Positions 1 to 8,135 of a stretch of 46,871 bases of DNA are shown here, piece after piece. The DNA lies in IMG/VR virus record IMGVR_UViG_3300043104_000084. The stretch is one strand, 5' to 3'. The stretch comes from a virus. A program made the position numbers and the translations under genes. Numbering within the stretch: position 1 is the stretch's first letter; the number at the start of each line of letters is the position of its first letter. The notes beneath the pieces are model-generated. The model was not told the DNA's origin and made no database searches. It saw only the letters and a program-made list of their open reading frames with translations.

Positions 1-127
1 GGAACGCTTTATATCTTCCTTTGGTGCTTTGCTATTATACATAATATCATAAAAAATCGGGCAATGGCGGGCAATCTTTTATAAATCTCTCGGCACTACC
101 CTAAATATCCTGTTTCTGCCCTTTTTA
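1..127. repeat. Assembly overlap: 1..127 identical to 46745..46871; genome closes into a 46,744-bp circle
   Basis: Direct comparison of the first and last 127 nt. 127 is a typical maximal assembler k-mer. Confidence 0.95.
46..74 (-). promoter_or_regulatory. Late-type promoter copy B (TTGCCC-17 nt-TATGAT) with direct repeat TTGCCCG-N3-TTGCCCG, upstream of portal gene; same as 46790..46818
   Basis: Minus strand reads AAGATTGCCCGCCATTGCCCGATTTTTTATGATAT. The 22-nt block AAGATTGCCCGCCATTGCCCGA is identical to the copy ending at 3775. Confidence 0.5.
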
Positions 128-315
128 TTGGCTATATTCTCCAATTCTGCAACCTTGTTATTCCAATAGTCTATCTCTTTCCGTATAGCCGATAAATCCG
201 CCCTTGTGAATGTTTTACCGCCTATTGTGTATGCTTGGTTGATTGCTACCTCGCTTTCCGCTTCTAACCACATATTCAAATGCTCTTTTGCTGTCTTTAA
301 TGTAATTCCTGCCAT
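79..315 (-). CDS. Head-tail joining protein, lambda gpW-like
   Basis: 78 aa, located between terL and portal as in lambda. ATG overlaps the terL stop (TAATG). Small helical protein with a gpW-like pattern. Confidence 0.6.
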   Translation of the reverse strand: MAGITLKTAKEHLNMWLEAESEVAINQAYTIGGKTFTRADLSAIRKEIDYWNNKVAELENIANKKGRNRIFRVVPRDL

Positions 316-2153
316 TATTCTATACCTCCGCTTCGTGTTCCCCGCCGTTTTCTCCTTACAGGCTTTTTAATTTCTCCTGTAGGTTTCGGCGGTTCTTTTA
401 ATGTTAATCCTGTTATCTCTATTGCTGCCTGTGCGTAATTTCTGCAATCCAACGGCTCATTACGCTTTGTTTCGCCTTTGAGTTCCCACGCAAAGTATGG
501 ACGACCCTTTTTGTATCTCAATACCTGTTTTTCCGCCGTAAGACCCTTAAAATAATCCTCGTCATACCCTCGGATGTACTCTTTTTCGTCTTTCGGGAAG
601 TGACAGTATCCCGGACCCTCTTCCTTTATCTGCAACCTCTGTAGTAAAAGGCTTTTTCCTGTATCTACGCCAAGCGTAAATAAATAAGTCTGCTCCCTGT
701 TGTTCTTTGACGGCTTCGGTATGTATGGTCTGTCCGCCCCGTCTTTTCCTCGGATTGCAAATACCTTTCTTGCCGTCCTCTGTTTGCAAAACTTATATAC
801 TTTGTTTGTGAAGTGACCGCCCGAATCCATACAGGCACATATAATTTTTAATTTTGTGCCGTCCTGTTTCTGAAAGTCCTGTAATAGAAATTCGTCCAAC
901 CTCTGCCATATATCCGCCTGTTTCAAATCGCCGTAAATTCTTTTGTATTGGATTCCGTAGGATTCGTGACCTACTCCCCACCCTACAACTTCAACCTCAA
1001 ATCTATCGTCCTGTGTGTCGATTCCTGCCGTTATCGCTATCACTTCCTCCGGCACTTCGCACTTGTAACGCTCCCTGCGTTTTAACAACTCTTCCTTGTC
1101 TGCGGTTTCTCCCTCTTCCTCCCAAGTCTGCCCTAATTCCGTGTTCGTCCAACTTTTCATCAACTCCACATTTCCCTTTTTAACGGCTTCGTTGGCTTGG
1201 ATAAACCCTTTTATTATTTTATCCCACCCGAAAAATGTTGACGCAAGAGAGTTAAAATGGAATCCTCTTACTTTCCTTTTCGGGTACTTCGCTATGTATT
1301 TTCCCTCTGTAAAGTGGTCTTTCCACTCTATCTCCGAATTGATAACCCCGCATTTTGCACACACATACTCCGCCTTTGTAACCTCTCCGTCTGCGTCCGT
1401 TTCGTATATCAGATTCGCCCACTCCAACGGCTGCAATTCTCCGCAACTCGGACACGGTACATTCCATTCTTCCATTGTCGAATGTTCGTACTCCATTTCG
1501 ATACGGCTTACTCCTTTTATCGTTGGAGTGCTTGTATCTACTTCTTTTCGATTCCAGTATGTTGTTAATCGCTTTCCTGCCAAAATCAGAGGGTCCCCCT
1601 CCGCTCCTGCCGTTGGCGGGTATGCGTCTATCTCGTCCGCTAAGAGGATACGGATAGGTCTACTTCTTAACTCCGTAGGACTGTTTGCCCCTGTCATTGT
1701 GATACGCCCGCCCGGAAAGGACTTCTTAAATATTGTGTTTCCGCTTGTCCTGCTCTTTTCGTTAATCTTATCTTTCAAAACAGGCGTATCACGCACCATA
1801 GGCATAAGCCTATCTTTGCTCATGGTTTCCGCAAGTGATAATGTCGGCTGCATACATAACATGGTGCATGGGTCATAGTGCATATAATAGCCTATTGTAT
1901 TCAACAAAAAAGCGTCTGTTTTTCCCATTTGTGCAGCACTCATTATAACCACTTTTTCTACTGATATGTCCGTGATAGCGTCCATTATTTCCCTCTGCCA
2001 AGGTGCTTTATCCGTTATCCACCTACCGCCCTTGCTCCCCGATTCAGAGGAAAGACGGCGGTACTTGTCCGCCCATTGTGATAATGTCAAGTTTGGCGGT
2101 GGCTCTAAAACGCTGAATATTTTATTGAATAGGTCAATCGTTTCCCTCTTCAT
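315..2153 (-). CDS. terL: Terminase large subunit, lambda GpA family
   Basis: 612 aa. N-terminal LSQWADKYRRLS...GRW..DKAPWQREIMDA is typical of the GpA family. Overlaps the upstream Nu1-like gene. Confidence 0.9.
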   Translation of the reverse strand: MKRETIDLFNKIFSVLEPPPNLTLSQWADKYRRLSSESGSKGGRWITDKAPWQREIMDAITDISVEKVVIMSAAQMGKTDAFLLNTIGYYMHYDPCTMLCMQPTLSLAETMSKDRLMPMVRDTPVLKDKINEKSRTSGNTIFKKSFPGGRITMTGANSPTELRSRPIRILLADEIDAYPPTAGAEGDPLILAGKRLTTYWNRKEVDTSTPTIKGVSRIEMEYEHSTMEEWNVPCPSCGELQPLEWANLIYETDADGEVTKAEYVCAKCGVINSEIEWKDHFTEGKYIAKYPKRKVRGFHFNSLASTFFGWDKIIKGFIQANEAVKKGNVELMKSWTNTELGQTWEEEGETADKEELLKRRERYKCEVPEEVIAITAGIDTQDDRFEVEVVGWGVGHESYGIQYKRIYGDLKQADIWQRLDEFLLQDFQKQDGTKLKIICACMDSGGHFTNKVYKFCKQRTARKVFAIRGKDGADRPYIPKPSKNNREQTYLFTLGVDTGKSLLLQRLQIKEEGPGYCHFPKDEKEYIRGYDEDYFKGLTAEKQVLRYKKGRPYFAWELKGETKRNEPLDCRNYAQAAIEITGLTLKEPPKPTGEIKKPVRRKRRGTRSGGIE

Positions 2154-2628
2154 CCTCTTTAATTTCCTCCTTAAAGGTCACTTCAAAATTTGCCAATTCC
2201 GCCAATGCTTCTTTTATCCTGTCATTCAGATATATAAAAATCTTTGCCTTGTCCGTCATTGTAGCCAGTTTTTCCGCTTCCTCTGCCGGGATAGCACTAA
2301 GCCGTGACTTAAAATTGATAAGTGTAGCGGTCATTATTTTTTCTACATCCTCCGCCCTGTGCAGTTCCCCTTTTTCCACTTGCAACTCCAACTCCGCTTT
2401 AAGTCTTTTTGCCTTTGCAAGTTTGGCTCGTTCTTCGTTAAGGTCTACCGCTTCCTCTGTTTCCGGGTTACGGTCCCTAAGATATTTAATGTAGGCGTGG
2501 TTTACTTCCACAAGCGAATACAGGTTGCCTTGCTTTTTCTGCAATATCCCTTTTTCCGTCAACCTCTCAACATTTTTTGGGGTCATATCAAGGAATTTTG
2601 CAACCGCATTTTTGTCATAGAGTTTCAA
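2134..2628 (-). CDS. terS: Terminase small subunit, Nu1-like (N-terminal HTH)
   Basis: 164 aa. HTH at the N-terminus (VAKFLDMTPKNVERLTEKGIL), coiled-coil centre. Overlaps and directly precedes terL. Confidence 0.6.
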   Translation of the reverse strand: MKLYDKNAVAKFLDMTPKNVERLTEKGILQKKQGNLYSLVEVNHAYIKYLRDRNPETEEAVDLNEERAKLAKAKRLKAELELQVEKGELHRAEDVEKIMTATLINFKSRLSAIPAEEAEKLATMTDKAKIFIYLNDRIKEALAELANFEVTFKEEIKEDEEGND

Positions 2629-2772
2629 AAATCCTACCCCCTTAAAAAAATTTCGGGATTCCGGGAAGTCGAATTTTTCCCCCGGAATCTAGGCGGGTTT
2701 TGGGGTCACGGCACCCGCAAGCGTTCACGCTCGCCTACAGTACCTTTTGACCGCTCGCCTGTTGCCCGTCTG
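2629..2772. other. Candidate cos/packaging-recognition region upstream of Nu1-like terS
   Basis: Locally GC-rich 144-bp non-coding gap with a 9-bp inverted repeat GATTCCGGG...CCCGGAATC. Its position matches lambda cos relative to Nu1. Confidence 0.3.
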
Positions 2773-3585
2773 CTAGTCCTCTTCCAACTCTTCTAGTGCG
2801 TCTATGTCCTCTGCGTCCTTGTATGTATCGTCTATCTCTCCTGTGTCTGCGTCTATGTCATACACACCGCTTAACTTCTGCTTCATCAATGTGTATCTCT
2901 TCTCCTCCAAGTCCATACGCCTTTGCTCCAGTTCGTAGGACTTGATTGTATCCAACAACTTAATGATACGACCATGCACCTTATTTAGTTCTGCTTCTAA
3001 TTTCATTGCCCTTTCAAATGCTGATGATTTAATGGTGGTTTCCATAGCCACACTTAGAGCCTGTGTGCTGCTGTCCTTTGCTTCAATCCCTACCTGTCCG
3101 TATGGGTCTTGGCTCTCGTCCTCTTTGGTAGGTGTACGCATTTCAACAACCTTGTCTGTATACAACTCCCCCTTTGTGTCGGCGTTATATTCCGCTATCT
3201 TTTTCTTTAGGTCGTATTCCTTGGCTACAAGCGTCTGTAATTCTCTAAGCATATTATTTTGCACGTCCAAATTTACGCTCTCAATTACCGCCTGTTCTTC
3301 GGGTGTCAATTCGTCAAAGTACACCTTGCTATATGCTCCGTGTGTTTCTGCGTTTCTGTTTCTCTCCGGGGCCCCGTGTCCTTTAGCGTTTTGATTGCCT
3401 TTTTGCCCTCCCCTTTTTTTCGGCTTTTTTTCAAGTGCTTCATTCCACTTATCCAAGCACTTCCATTTTCGCACCTGTTCATTTTTTACCCCTAGTGCTT
3501 CGGCTATTTCCGTGTTTTTCGCTAATCCGTCACTATCCAAAAACAACTGCATTGCCTTATCTCGGTTTTCGTTTCGCTTCGCCAC
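2773..3585 (-). CDS. YjcR-like HTH protein (annotated in databases as putative phage terminase small subunit family)
   Basis: Motif AKRNENRDKA...NTEIAEALGV..EQVRKWK..DKWN. Start chosen at GTG 3585, 7 nt after AAAGGGGG. The ORF track extends to 3687 but that part contains a terminator-like hairpin. Confidence 0.55.
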   Translation of the reverse strand: MAKRNENRDKAMQLFLDSDGLAKNTEIAEALGVKNEQVRKWKCLDKWNEALEKKPKKRGGQKGNQNAKGHGAPERNRNAETHGAYSKVYFDELTPEEQAVIESVNLDVQNNMLRELQTLVAKEYDLKKKIAEYNADTKGELYTDKVVEMRTPTKEDESQDPYGQVGIEAKDSSTQALSVAMETTIKSSAFERAMKLEAELNKVHGRIIKLLDTIKSYELEQRRMDLEEKRYTLMKQKLSGVYDIDADTGEIDDTYKDAEDIDALEELEED

Positions 3586-3675
3586 TTCATAACCCCCTTT
3601 CGTTTGATTTCCATTTTTCCGCCGTTCCATTCTTGCGGAATCTTTGATATTTTTTATTTTTTCAAATTTCGGTAT

Positions 3676-3714
3676 GCAAAAAGGCAACGGAACAACTCAC
3701 GCTATCCCGCTGCC
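3676..3714 (-). terminator. Leader hairpin plus U-run downstream of late promoter copy A
   Basis: Minus strand GGCAGCGG-16 nt-CCGTTGCC followed by TTTTTGC. About 20 nt downstream of the predicted start site. Confidence 0.4.
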
Positions 3715-3741
3715 TTTTCAGAATTTTCATTTTACTATTAT

Positions 3742-3770
3742 ATCATAGATTTTCGGGCAATGGCGGGCAA
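3742..3770 (-). promoter_or_regulatory. Late-type promoter copy A (TTGCCC-17 nt-TATGAT) with direct repeat TTGCCCG-N3-TTGCCCG
   Basis: The -35 begins 3 nt after the stop of the ArpU-like gene. Same 22-nt block as copy B. Confidence 0.5.
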
Positions 3771-3772
3771 TC

Positions 3773-4255
3773 TTAACGCTTGATTGTTTCGGCTATAATC
3801 TTACTCCGTGATATACTTCTATTCCTTGCTAATTTTCCGCCTAAGACCTCTAGTGCAACGCAACGGATATTTTTACTATGCCTTACGGAATAGTTAATTT
3901 GTTCCGCTATGCGTTCCCATTTTTGACCCTGTAAGTAGAATCCGCAAATTATGGTTTTATGTACCGGATTGAGTGAGGATATTTCCTTTAAAATTTCCGT
4001 CCGTAATTTCTTCAACTCTTTTAACCTCTTTTTCAAGGTTGCGATACGTTCCGCCGTGTCGGTTTCTGCTAATTTCATTGCAAGCAGAGCCGTAGAATCT
4101 GATATATTGCTTCCGTGTGGCATACCGTCATAGGCGATTGCCCCTCTTGTGTCATATACATTCTCGTACTGCTCTAGCCACTCACTTGTAACTTTAATAT
4201 CAAGGTCAATATACTTGTAAAATTTTAAGATTGCTTCCACATCTGCGTTTTTCAT
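3773..4255 (-). CDS. Sigma-70 region-4-like late transcriptional regulator (ArpU/RinA/DUF1492 type)
   Basis: 160 aa. C-terminal HTH segment (ICGFYLQGQKWERIAEQINYSVRHSKNIR). Position directly upstream of the packaging genes is typical for Firmicutes phage late activators. Confidence 0.5.
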   Translation of the reverse strand: MKNADVEAILKFYKYIDLDIKVTSEWLEQYENVYDTRGAIAYDGMPHGSNISDSTALLAMKLAETDTAERIATLKKRLKELKKLRTEILKEISSLNPVHKTIICGFYLQGQKWERIAEQINYSVRHSKNIRCVALEVLGGKLARNRSISRSKIIAETIKR

Positions 4256-4276
4256 TGTGTCACGCCTGCCTTTCTT

Positions 4277-4594
4277 TTATGGCGGTCTGTATTTTTCCCA
4301 CCATTTCAAAAAATATTTGCTATCGCTCGGTTTTTCGATTTCGTGCCGTGTCCTCCCGTATTTTTCTATACAGGATTCGCAAATATCTTTCTGTGTTTCA
4401 TTTAGTAACTCGATAATGTCTTGCATTGCTTCTTTCAGAGTTTCCCAAATGTCACAAAAGGCTTGCATAACTGAATTTAACTTAATGCACGTTGTTTCTA
4501 TGTCCTTGCCATATATGGCGGACAGGTATTCTACTCGTTTTGTAAAATCTGTACCGCCAAATAGTGCCTTGCCCTCTTTGTATTCAAGTAACAT
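4277..4594 (-). CDS. Hypothetical protein
   Basis: 105-aa ORF in the co-directional gene string, tight spacing. Confidence 0.5.
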   Translation of the reverse strand: MLLEYKEGKALFGGTDFTKRVEYLSAIYGKDIETTCIKLNSVMQAFCDIWETLKEAMQDIIELLNETQKDICESCIEKYGRTRHEIEKPSDSKYFLKWWEKYRPP

Positions 4595-4605
4595 AGGCTT
4601 GTACC

Positions 4606-6078
4606 TTAACTTTCAAGGTACTTTTTGTATTCTTTAGTTTTCCCCATAACCCATACGGAAATAGCATTGGTTAATCTCTCTTCCCATTCTGCCGGACACA
4701 ATGGCTTATCCTTGTTTGCTTCCAGTTCAGACGATATAACCGCTCTTACCTCATTGCCTATCAGGGTATATTGTGCTATTCCGTATTTTTCTTTAATCCA
4801 TGTTGTAAAATCCAACCCCTTTTCCTGTACCTCCGGCACATATCCCGGGTAATTGCTCATGTTCTGCTGCCCCGGCAATTCCGTTTCTGTATCCGTTTCA
4901 ACTGCTGCCGTGTCGGTTTCCTCTTCTGTCGGCTCATTCATAAAACCGCTCTCTGTTTCCTCCTGTGTTTCCTCTTCGGGTTCTTCCGGCGTATCGTCAT
5001 ACTGCAAAATTCCATTCTCAATCATAAGTGCTACGATTTCCGCAAGGTCTGAATACTCAATCAAAAAGTTATTCCATTCAGAATCAATAATTGTTAATCC
5101 CTCTGCTGCGAAACGGTAAATATTTTCCTTTCCGTCCTCCGCTTTGAATTTTGCACCTGTAAATGTCGTTGCAAAGTGCTTTCGTAACTGCTTTTCGATT
5201 CCTGCAACATTTTCCTTTGCCTTAAAAATATCCCTGTTTGCCGGCCCCTTAATCGCAATTACTATAGCCTGCTGCACCTGTTCTATCTGTTCGTCCGTAA
5301 TCTCCGGCTTTTGCTCTTCCTTAACATCTTTCAAGTGCAACTCGCCTTTTTCTTGGTACTGCTCATAGGCTTTTGCCTGTTCTTCCTCTGTTTTTCTTGA
5401 TAATTCGTGAGCGGTGGAAATATTGATATTCCCCTTTTCCATTTCCTGCTTAAACTCCGTGGAGAGGTTGTTGTCTATTGCTTCCATTCTTCCAACCTGT
5501 GTAGTGGACGTGTTAAGCATTTGTGCCACTATGTCACGGATACGCCCCATTCGCTCCCTTTCCTCTTTCGGCTTATCCTTGTTTTCCTCCTGCAACGCTT
5601 TCTTGTATTCCGTAAGCATTTCTTTTAATTCTTTCGCCTGCTGCACCTTTTCCCAATCGCTTAACTGCCTTGCGGTTGCGTTCGTTAAAATAAGGCTTAA
5701 CCTGTCTTTTATCTCGTCCGATTCCTTTTTGATACGGCACGGTACTTTCCTGTATTCTTCTTTTCCGTCAGCTACCAACTTCAAGGCTGCCAATCTCCGG
5801 CGGTGTCCTGCGATAACCTCATACTTTCCGTGTGCTTCCGGTTTCACTACCAAATTCTGCTCAATGCACCCGGCTAACTCGATTGATAACGCCAATTCCT
5901 CTATATTCTCCGTGGAGTAGAAATTATCTTTGCTCGGCATTAAGTCCTCTACATCAAGCATTACTACCTCAAATGCGTTTTCCTGTTCTGCCGGTCCCGC
6001 TGCCGTCTGCTCCTGTGCCTGTACTGCTGCCCCTTTGCTCTTTCCATTGAGCAAACTGTTAAGGTCAAATCCTGCCAT
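4606..6078 (-). CDS. parB: ParB N-terminal-domain protein with long acidic linker and C-terminal domain
   Basis: ParB/Srx box NLVVKP...YEVIAGHRRRLAA. 490 aa. ATG coupled to the upstream stop (TAATG). Confidence 0.7.
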   Translation of the reverse strand: MAGFDLNSLLNGKSKGAAVQAQEQTAAGPAEQENAFEVVMLDVEDLMPSKDNFYSTENIEELALSIELAGCIEQNLVVKPEAHGKYEVIAGHRRRLAALKLVADGKEEYRKVPCRIKKESDEIKDRLSLILTNATARQLSDWEKVQQAKELKEMLTEYKKALQEENKDKPKEERERMGRIRDIVAQMLNTSTTQVGRMEAIDNNLSTEFKQEMEKGNINISTAHELSRKTEEEQAKAYEQYQEKGELHLKDVKEEQKPEITDEQIEQVQQAIVIAIKGPANRDIFKAKENVAGIEKQLRKHFATTFTGAKFKAEDGKENIYRFAAEGLTIIDSEWNNFLIEYSDLAEIVALMIENGILQYDDTPEEPEEETQEETESGFMNEPTEEETDTAAVETDTETELPGQQNMSNYPGYVPEVQEKGLDFTTWIKEKYGIAQYTLIGNEVRAVISSELEANKDKPLCPAEWEERLTNAISVWVMGKTKEYKKYLES

Positions 6079-6455
6079 TATTCTATACCTCCGTTTCTCT
6101 TGTTTTTCTCTGCTTTTGTGACCGAATCGGTCACTTTCTGAAATTCTTTGATAATCTTGTTTGCCATTTCATCCGCTACCATGTGCGTAACTATATCCGT
6201 CTGCTCGTCAAGGTCGTTTCTGTTTTCAATCTGATTCTCTAAATTCTCTATCTGACCCTCCAACTCCCAAATCTTGTGTTGCATACTTATATTTGTTTCT
6301 CTCAACTCGTTGTATTCCTGCAATGTGATTTCTACGGTTGGACCCTTGATTGTGCTTTCTATGTACGCCCTGTACTCTTCTAACGGTATCTGTACCATTC
6401 TCGGCGGTACATACTCCTTTATCTCTTCCACCGCCTGTAATGTATCCTGCTTCAT
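6078..6455 (-). CDS. Hypothetical coiled-coil protein
   Basis: 125-aa ORF. Carries the perfect copy of the 17-nt palindrome near its 3' end. Confidence 0.55.
   Translation of the reverse strand: MKQDTLQAVEEIKEYVPPRMVQIPLEEYRAYIESTIKGPTVEITLQEYNELRETNISMQHKIWELEGQIENLENQIENRNDLDEQTDIVTHMVADEMANKIIKEFQKVTDSVTKAEKNKRNGGIE
6118..6134. repeat. 17-nt palindrome copy 1: GTGACCGAATCGGTCAC (perfect)
   Basis: Read directly. 40 nt upstream of the parB start. Encodes V-T-D-S-V-T. Confidence 0.9.
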
Positions 6456-6462
6456 TTCCTTT

Positions 6463-6744
6463 TTACCTCCTGTGCCTGCTATTCACAAATGCGGGTATCT
6501 GTATCTCTTTCTGCTTCTTTGCTTCGGAATCGGCAATACAACCTCTGATTTCTTCCAAAATCTCACTCGTTAAGGTTTCTGCTGTTTTTCTCTCTGCCAA
6601 CTCCTGCCTTGCCTGCTGCAACTCATATTCAAGCCTAACCTTTTCCGCAATCAGATTTCCGTATACCTCTGATGATATTGTTATGTACCCCTGCTCCTGT
6701 ACTGCTGCCTGTGTCCTGTACTCTGCTAACACCCCTGCTGCCAT
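6463..6744 (-). CDS. Hypothetical protein
   Basis: 93-aa ORF, co-directional. Confidence 0.5.
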   Translation of the reverse strand: MAAGVLAEYRTQAAVQEQGYITISSEVYGNLIAEKVRLEYELQQARQELAERKTAETLTSEILEEIRGCIADSEAKKQKEIQIPAFVNSRHRR

Positions 6745-6764
6745 AGTTCAATCCCTCCATTCTT

Positions 6765-6959
6765 TTATTTTCGTGTACTTCTCCTTTTCGGTATGCAACC
6801 CTCGCAATCCTCCGTATCCCTCAATTTGCTTATCTTGCAACCGCCTGTATGAAACATCATTTTTGATAAATGCTTACTGCAATTCGTGTTATCACACCGA
6901 TTATCACAAAACATAGGGTAATTATCGGTATTTACAATAAGAATAGGTCTACGCTCCAT
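6765..6959 (-). CDS. Hypothetical Cys-rich small protein
   Basis: 64 aa, several Cys pairs. ATG overlaps the upstream stop (TAATG). Confidence 0.45.
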   Translation of the reverse strand: MERRPILIVNTDNYPMFCDNRCDNTNCSKHLSKMMFHTGGCKISKLRDTEDCEGCIPKRRSTRK

Positions 6960-7171
6960 TACTTGTACTCCTTTCCTGTTTCCTTGTCCTTTAGGGTAAT
7001 GCGTCCTACCAACTCAAACCCTGCAAGGCTTATAATCTGCTTTAGCATTGTTATAAGGTTCGTTACTGCTGCATTTCTTTCTTTTGCTTCTTTCCGTTCC
7101 TCTTTTGCAAGTGTTCCTATCGCTTCTCCTGCTGTCGGGTCTGGGTATCCCTCCTTATTCCTGTATCCCAT
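6959..7171 (-). CDS. Hypothetical protein
   Basis: 70-aa ORF immediately downstream of parA. Confidence 0.5.
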   Translation of the reverse strand: MGYRNKEGYPDPTAGEAIGTLAKEERKEAKERNAAVTNLITMLKQIISLAGFELVGRITLKDKETGKEYK

Positions 7172-7172
7172 T

Positions 7173-7928
7173 CTATCCCTCCAAATACTCTTTAACGAAC
7201 GCCTTATAATCCCTAGCGGCCCCGGAACGTGGGGAATACTCCATAAGGCTCATATTTGTAAATGTAACCTCGTCCGCTTTCTCCGTCCGTCTAATGTGTG
7301 TCTTGAATACCGGGTAACGCTGCCCCTGTAAGTATTCCTCTCCCTGTCTGCATACATCACGGTTATAGAACATTGTCACAAGGCAACCTCTGAATTTAAG
7401 ACCGTGGTTTAACTGCTTTGCGTTGTTTATCTGCTCTTCCAGTTCGTCCATTCCGTCAAATGCGTATCCGTCAATCTTAATCGGTATGATTACCTCGTCT
7501 GCTGCCACAAGTGCGTTTATAACGGATATGTTTATATCCGGCGGGCAATCCACGATACAGTAATCAAATGCCTGTCCTATGCCCTGTAATTCCTCTGAAA
7601 GTATTGTTGCTTGGTTTATGTCCTCATTCTTAATTACTGTGAGATTGGCGGTAAGCAAGTGCATATTCGCCGGAATGATATACAGGTTTTCGCTCGTTTC
7701 CACTTCCTGCATTACTTCCCTTATCGTCTTTTCCCCTGTGAGAACATCCGCAAGGCTCGGCTTGTCATAACTCCACCGATTGCAAGCCTTTGATAGATTC
7801 CCCTGCTTGTCGTTGTCAATCAGCAAAACCCGCTTTCCGTAATCCCTTGCTAAGATATGAGCCATATTAACCGCCGTTGTGGTCTTGGCACATCCGCCTT
7901 TCATGTTAATAATTGCAATGGTTTTCAT
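7173..7928 (-). CDS. parA: ParA/Soj-family partition ATPase
   Basis: Deviant Walker A: IAIINMKGGCAKTTTAVNMA. 251 aa. Confidence 0.9.
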   Translation of the reverse strand: MKTIAIINMKGGCAKTTTAVNMAHILARDYGKRVLLIDNDKQGNLSKACNRWSYDKPSLADVLTGEKTIREVMQEVETSENLYIIPANMHLLTANLTVIKNEDINQATILSEELQGIGQAFDYCIVDCPPDINISVINALVAADEVIIPIKIDGYAFDGMDELEEQINNAKQLNHGLKFRGCLVTMFYNRDVCRQGEEYLQGQRYPVFKTHIRRTEKADEVTFTNMSLMEYSPRSGAARDYKAFVKEYLEG

Positions 7929-8103
7929 TCGCTTTTACCTCCTGTTTATGTTTTTTCTTGTATTTGCAATATCCCCACACGCAATTTACCTTGTAGGAAT
8001 TTTCTATATACTTCTCATTTGTGCAAGCACCTGTTTTTATATTGTCATATATACATTCTTTGCAGTAATCCGGGTGTGTCGGGTGTAAAATAATCTCTGC
8101 CAT
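7906..8103 (-). CDS. Hypothetical Cys-rich small protein
   Basis: Start moved to ATG 8103, preceded by AGGAGGGGGATA. The track ORF extends to 8181. Confidence 0.45.
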   Translation of the reverse strand: MAEIILHPTHPDYCKECIYDNIKTGACTNEKYIENSYKVNCVWGYCKYKKKHKQEVKANENHCNY

Positions 8104-8135
8104 TATCCCCCTCCTGTTTGTATGTCTTGTATGAT

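Noticed and set aside
1-127. Terminal 127-bp direct repeat as a biological DTR
   Set aside because: The exact length of 127 matches a common assembler k-mer overlap of circular contigs. The terminase is of the cos type, and the repeat falls in an ordinary intergenic/gpW 3' region.
1096-1878. Long plus-strand ORFs, e.g. 1096..1878 (260 aa), 34972..35499 (175 aa), 36850..37404 (184 aa), 5414..5920 (168 aa), 6350..6916 (188 aa), and many shorter ones
   Set aside because: All are antisense to minus-strand genes with clear family signatures. Their translations are Ser/Leu/Phe/Cys-rich low-complexity strings and lack RBS-start pairs. They are the usual shadow ORFs of purine-rich coding strands.
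6118-6134. The 17-nt palindromes as intrinsic terminators
   Set aside because: The stem is interrupted, the loop would be only 1-5 nt, and no U-run follows. Five copies are inside coding regions in frame.
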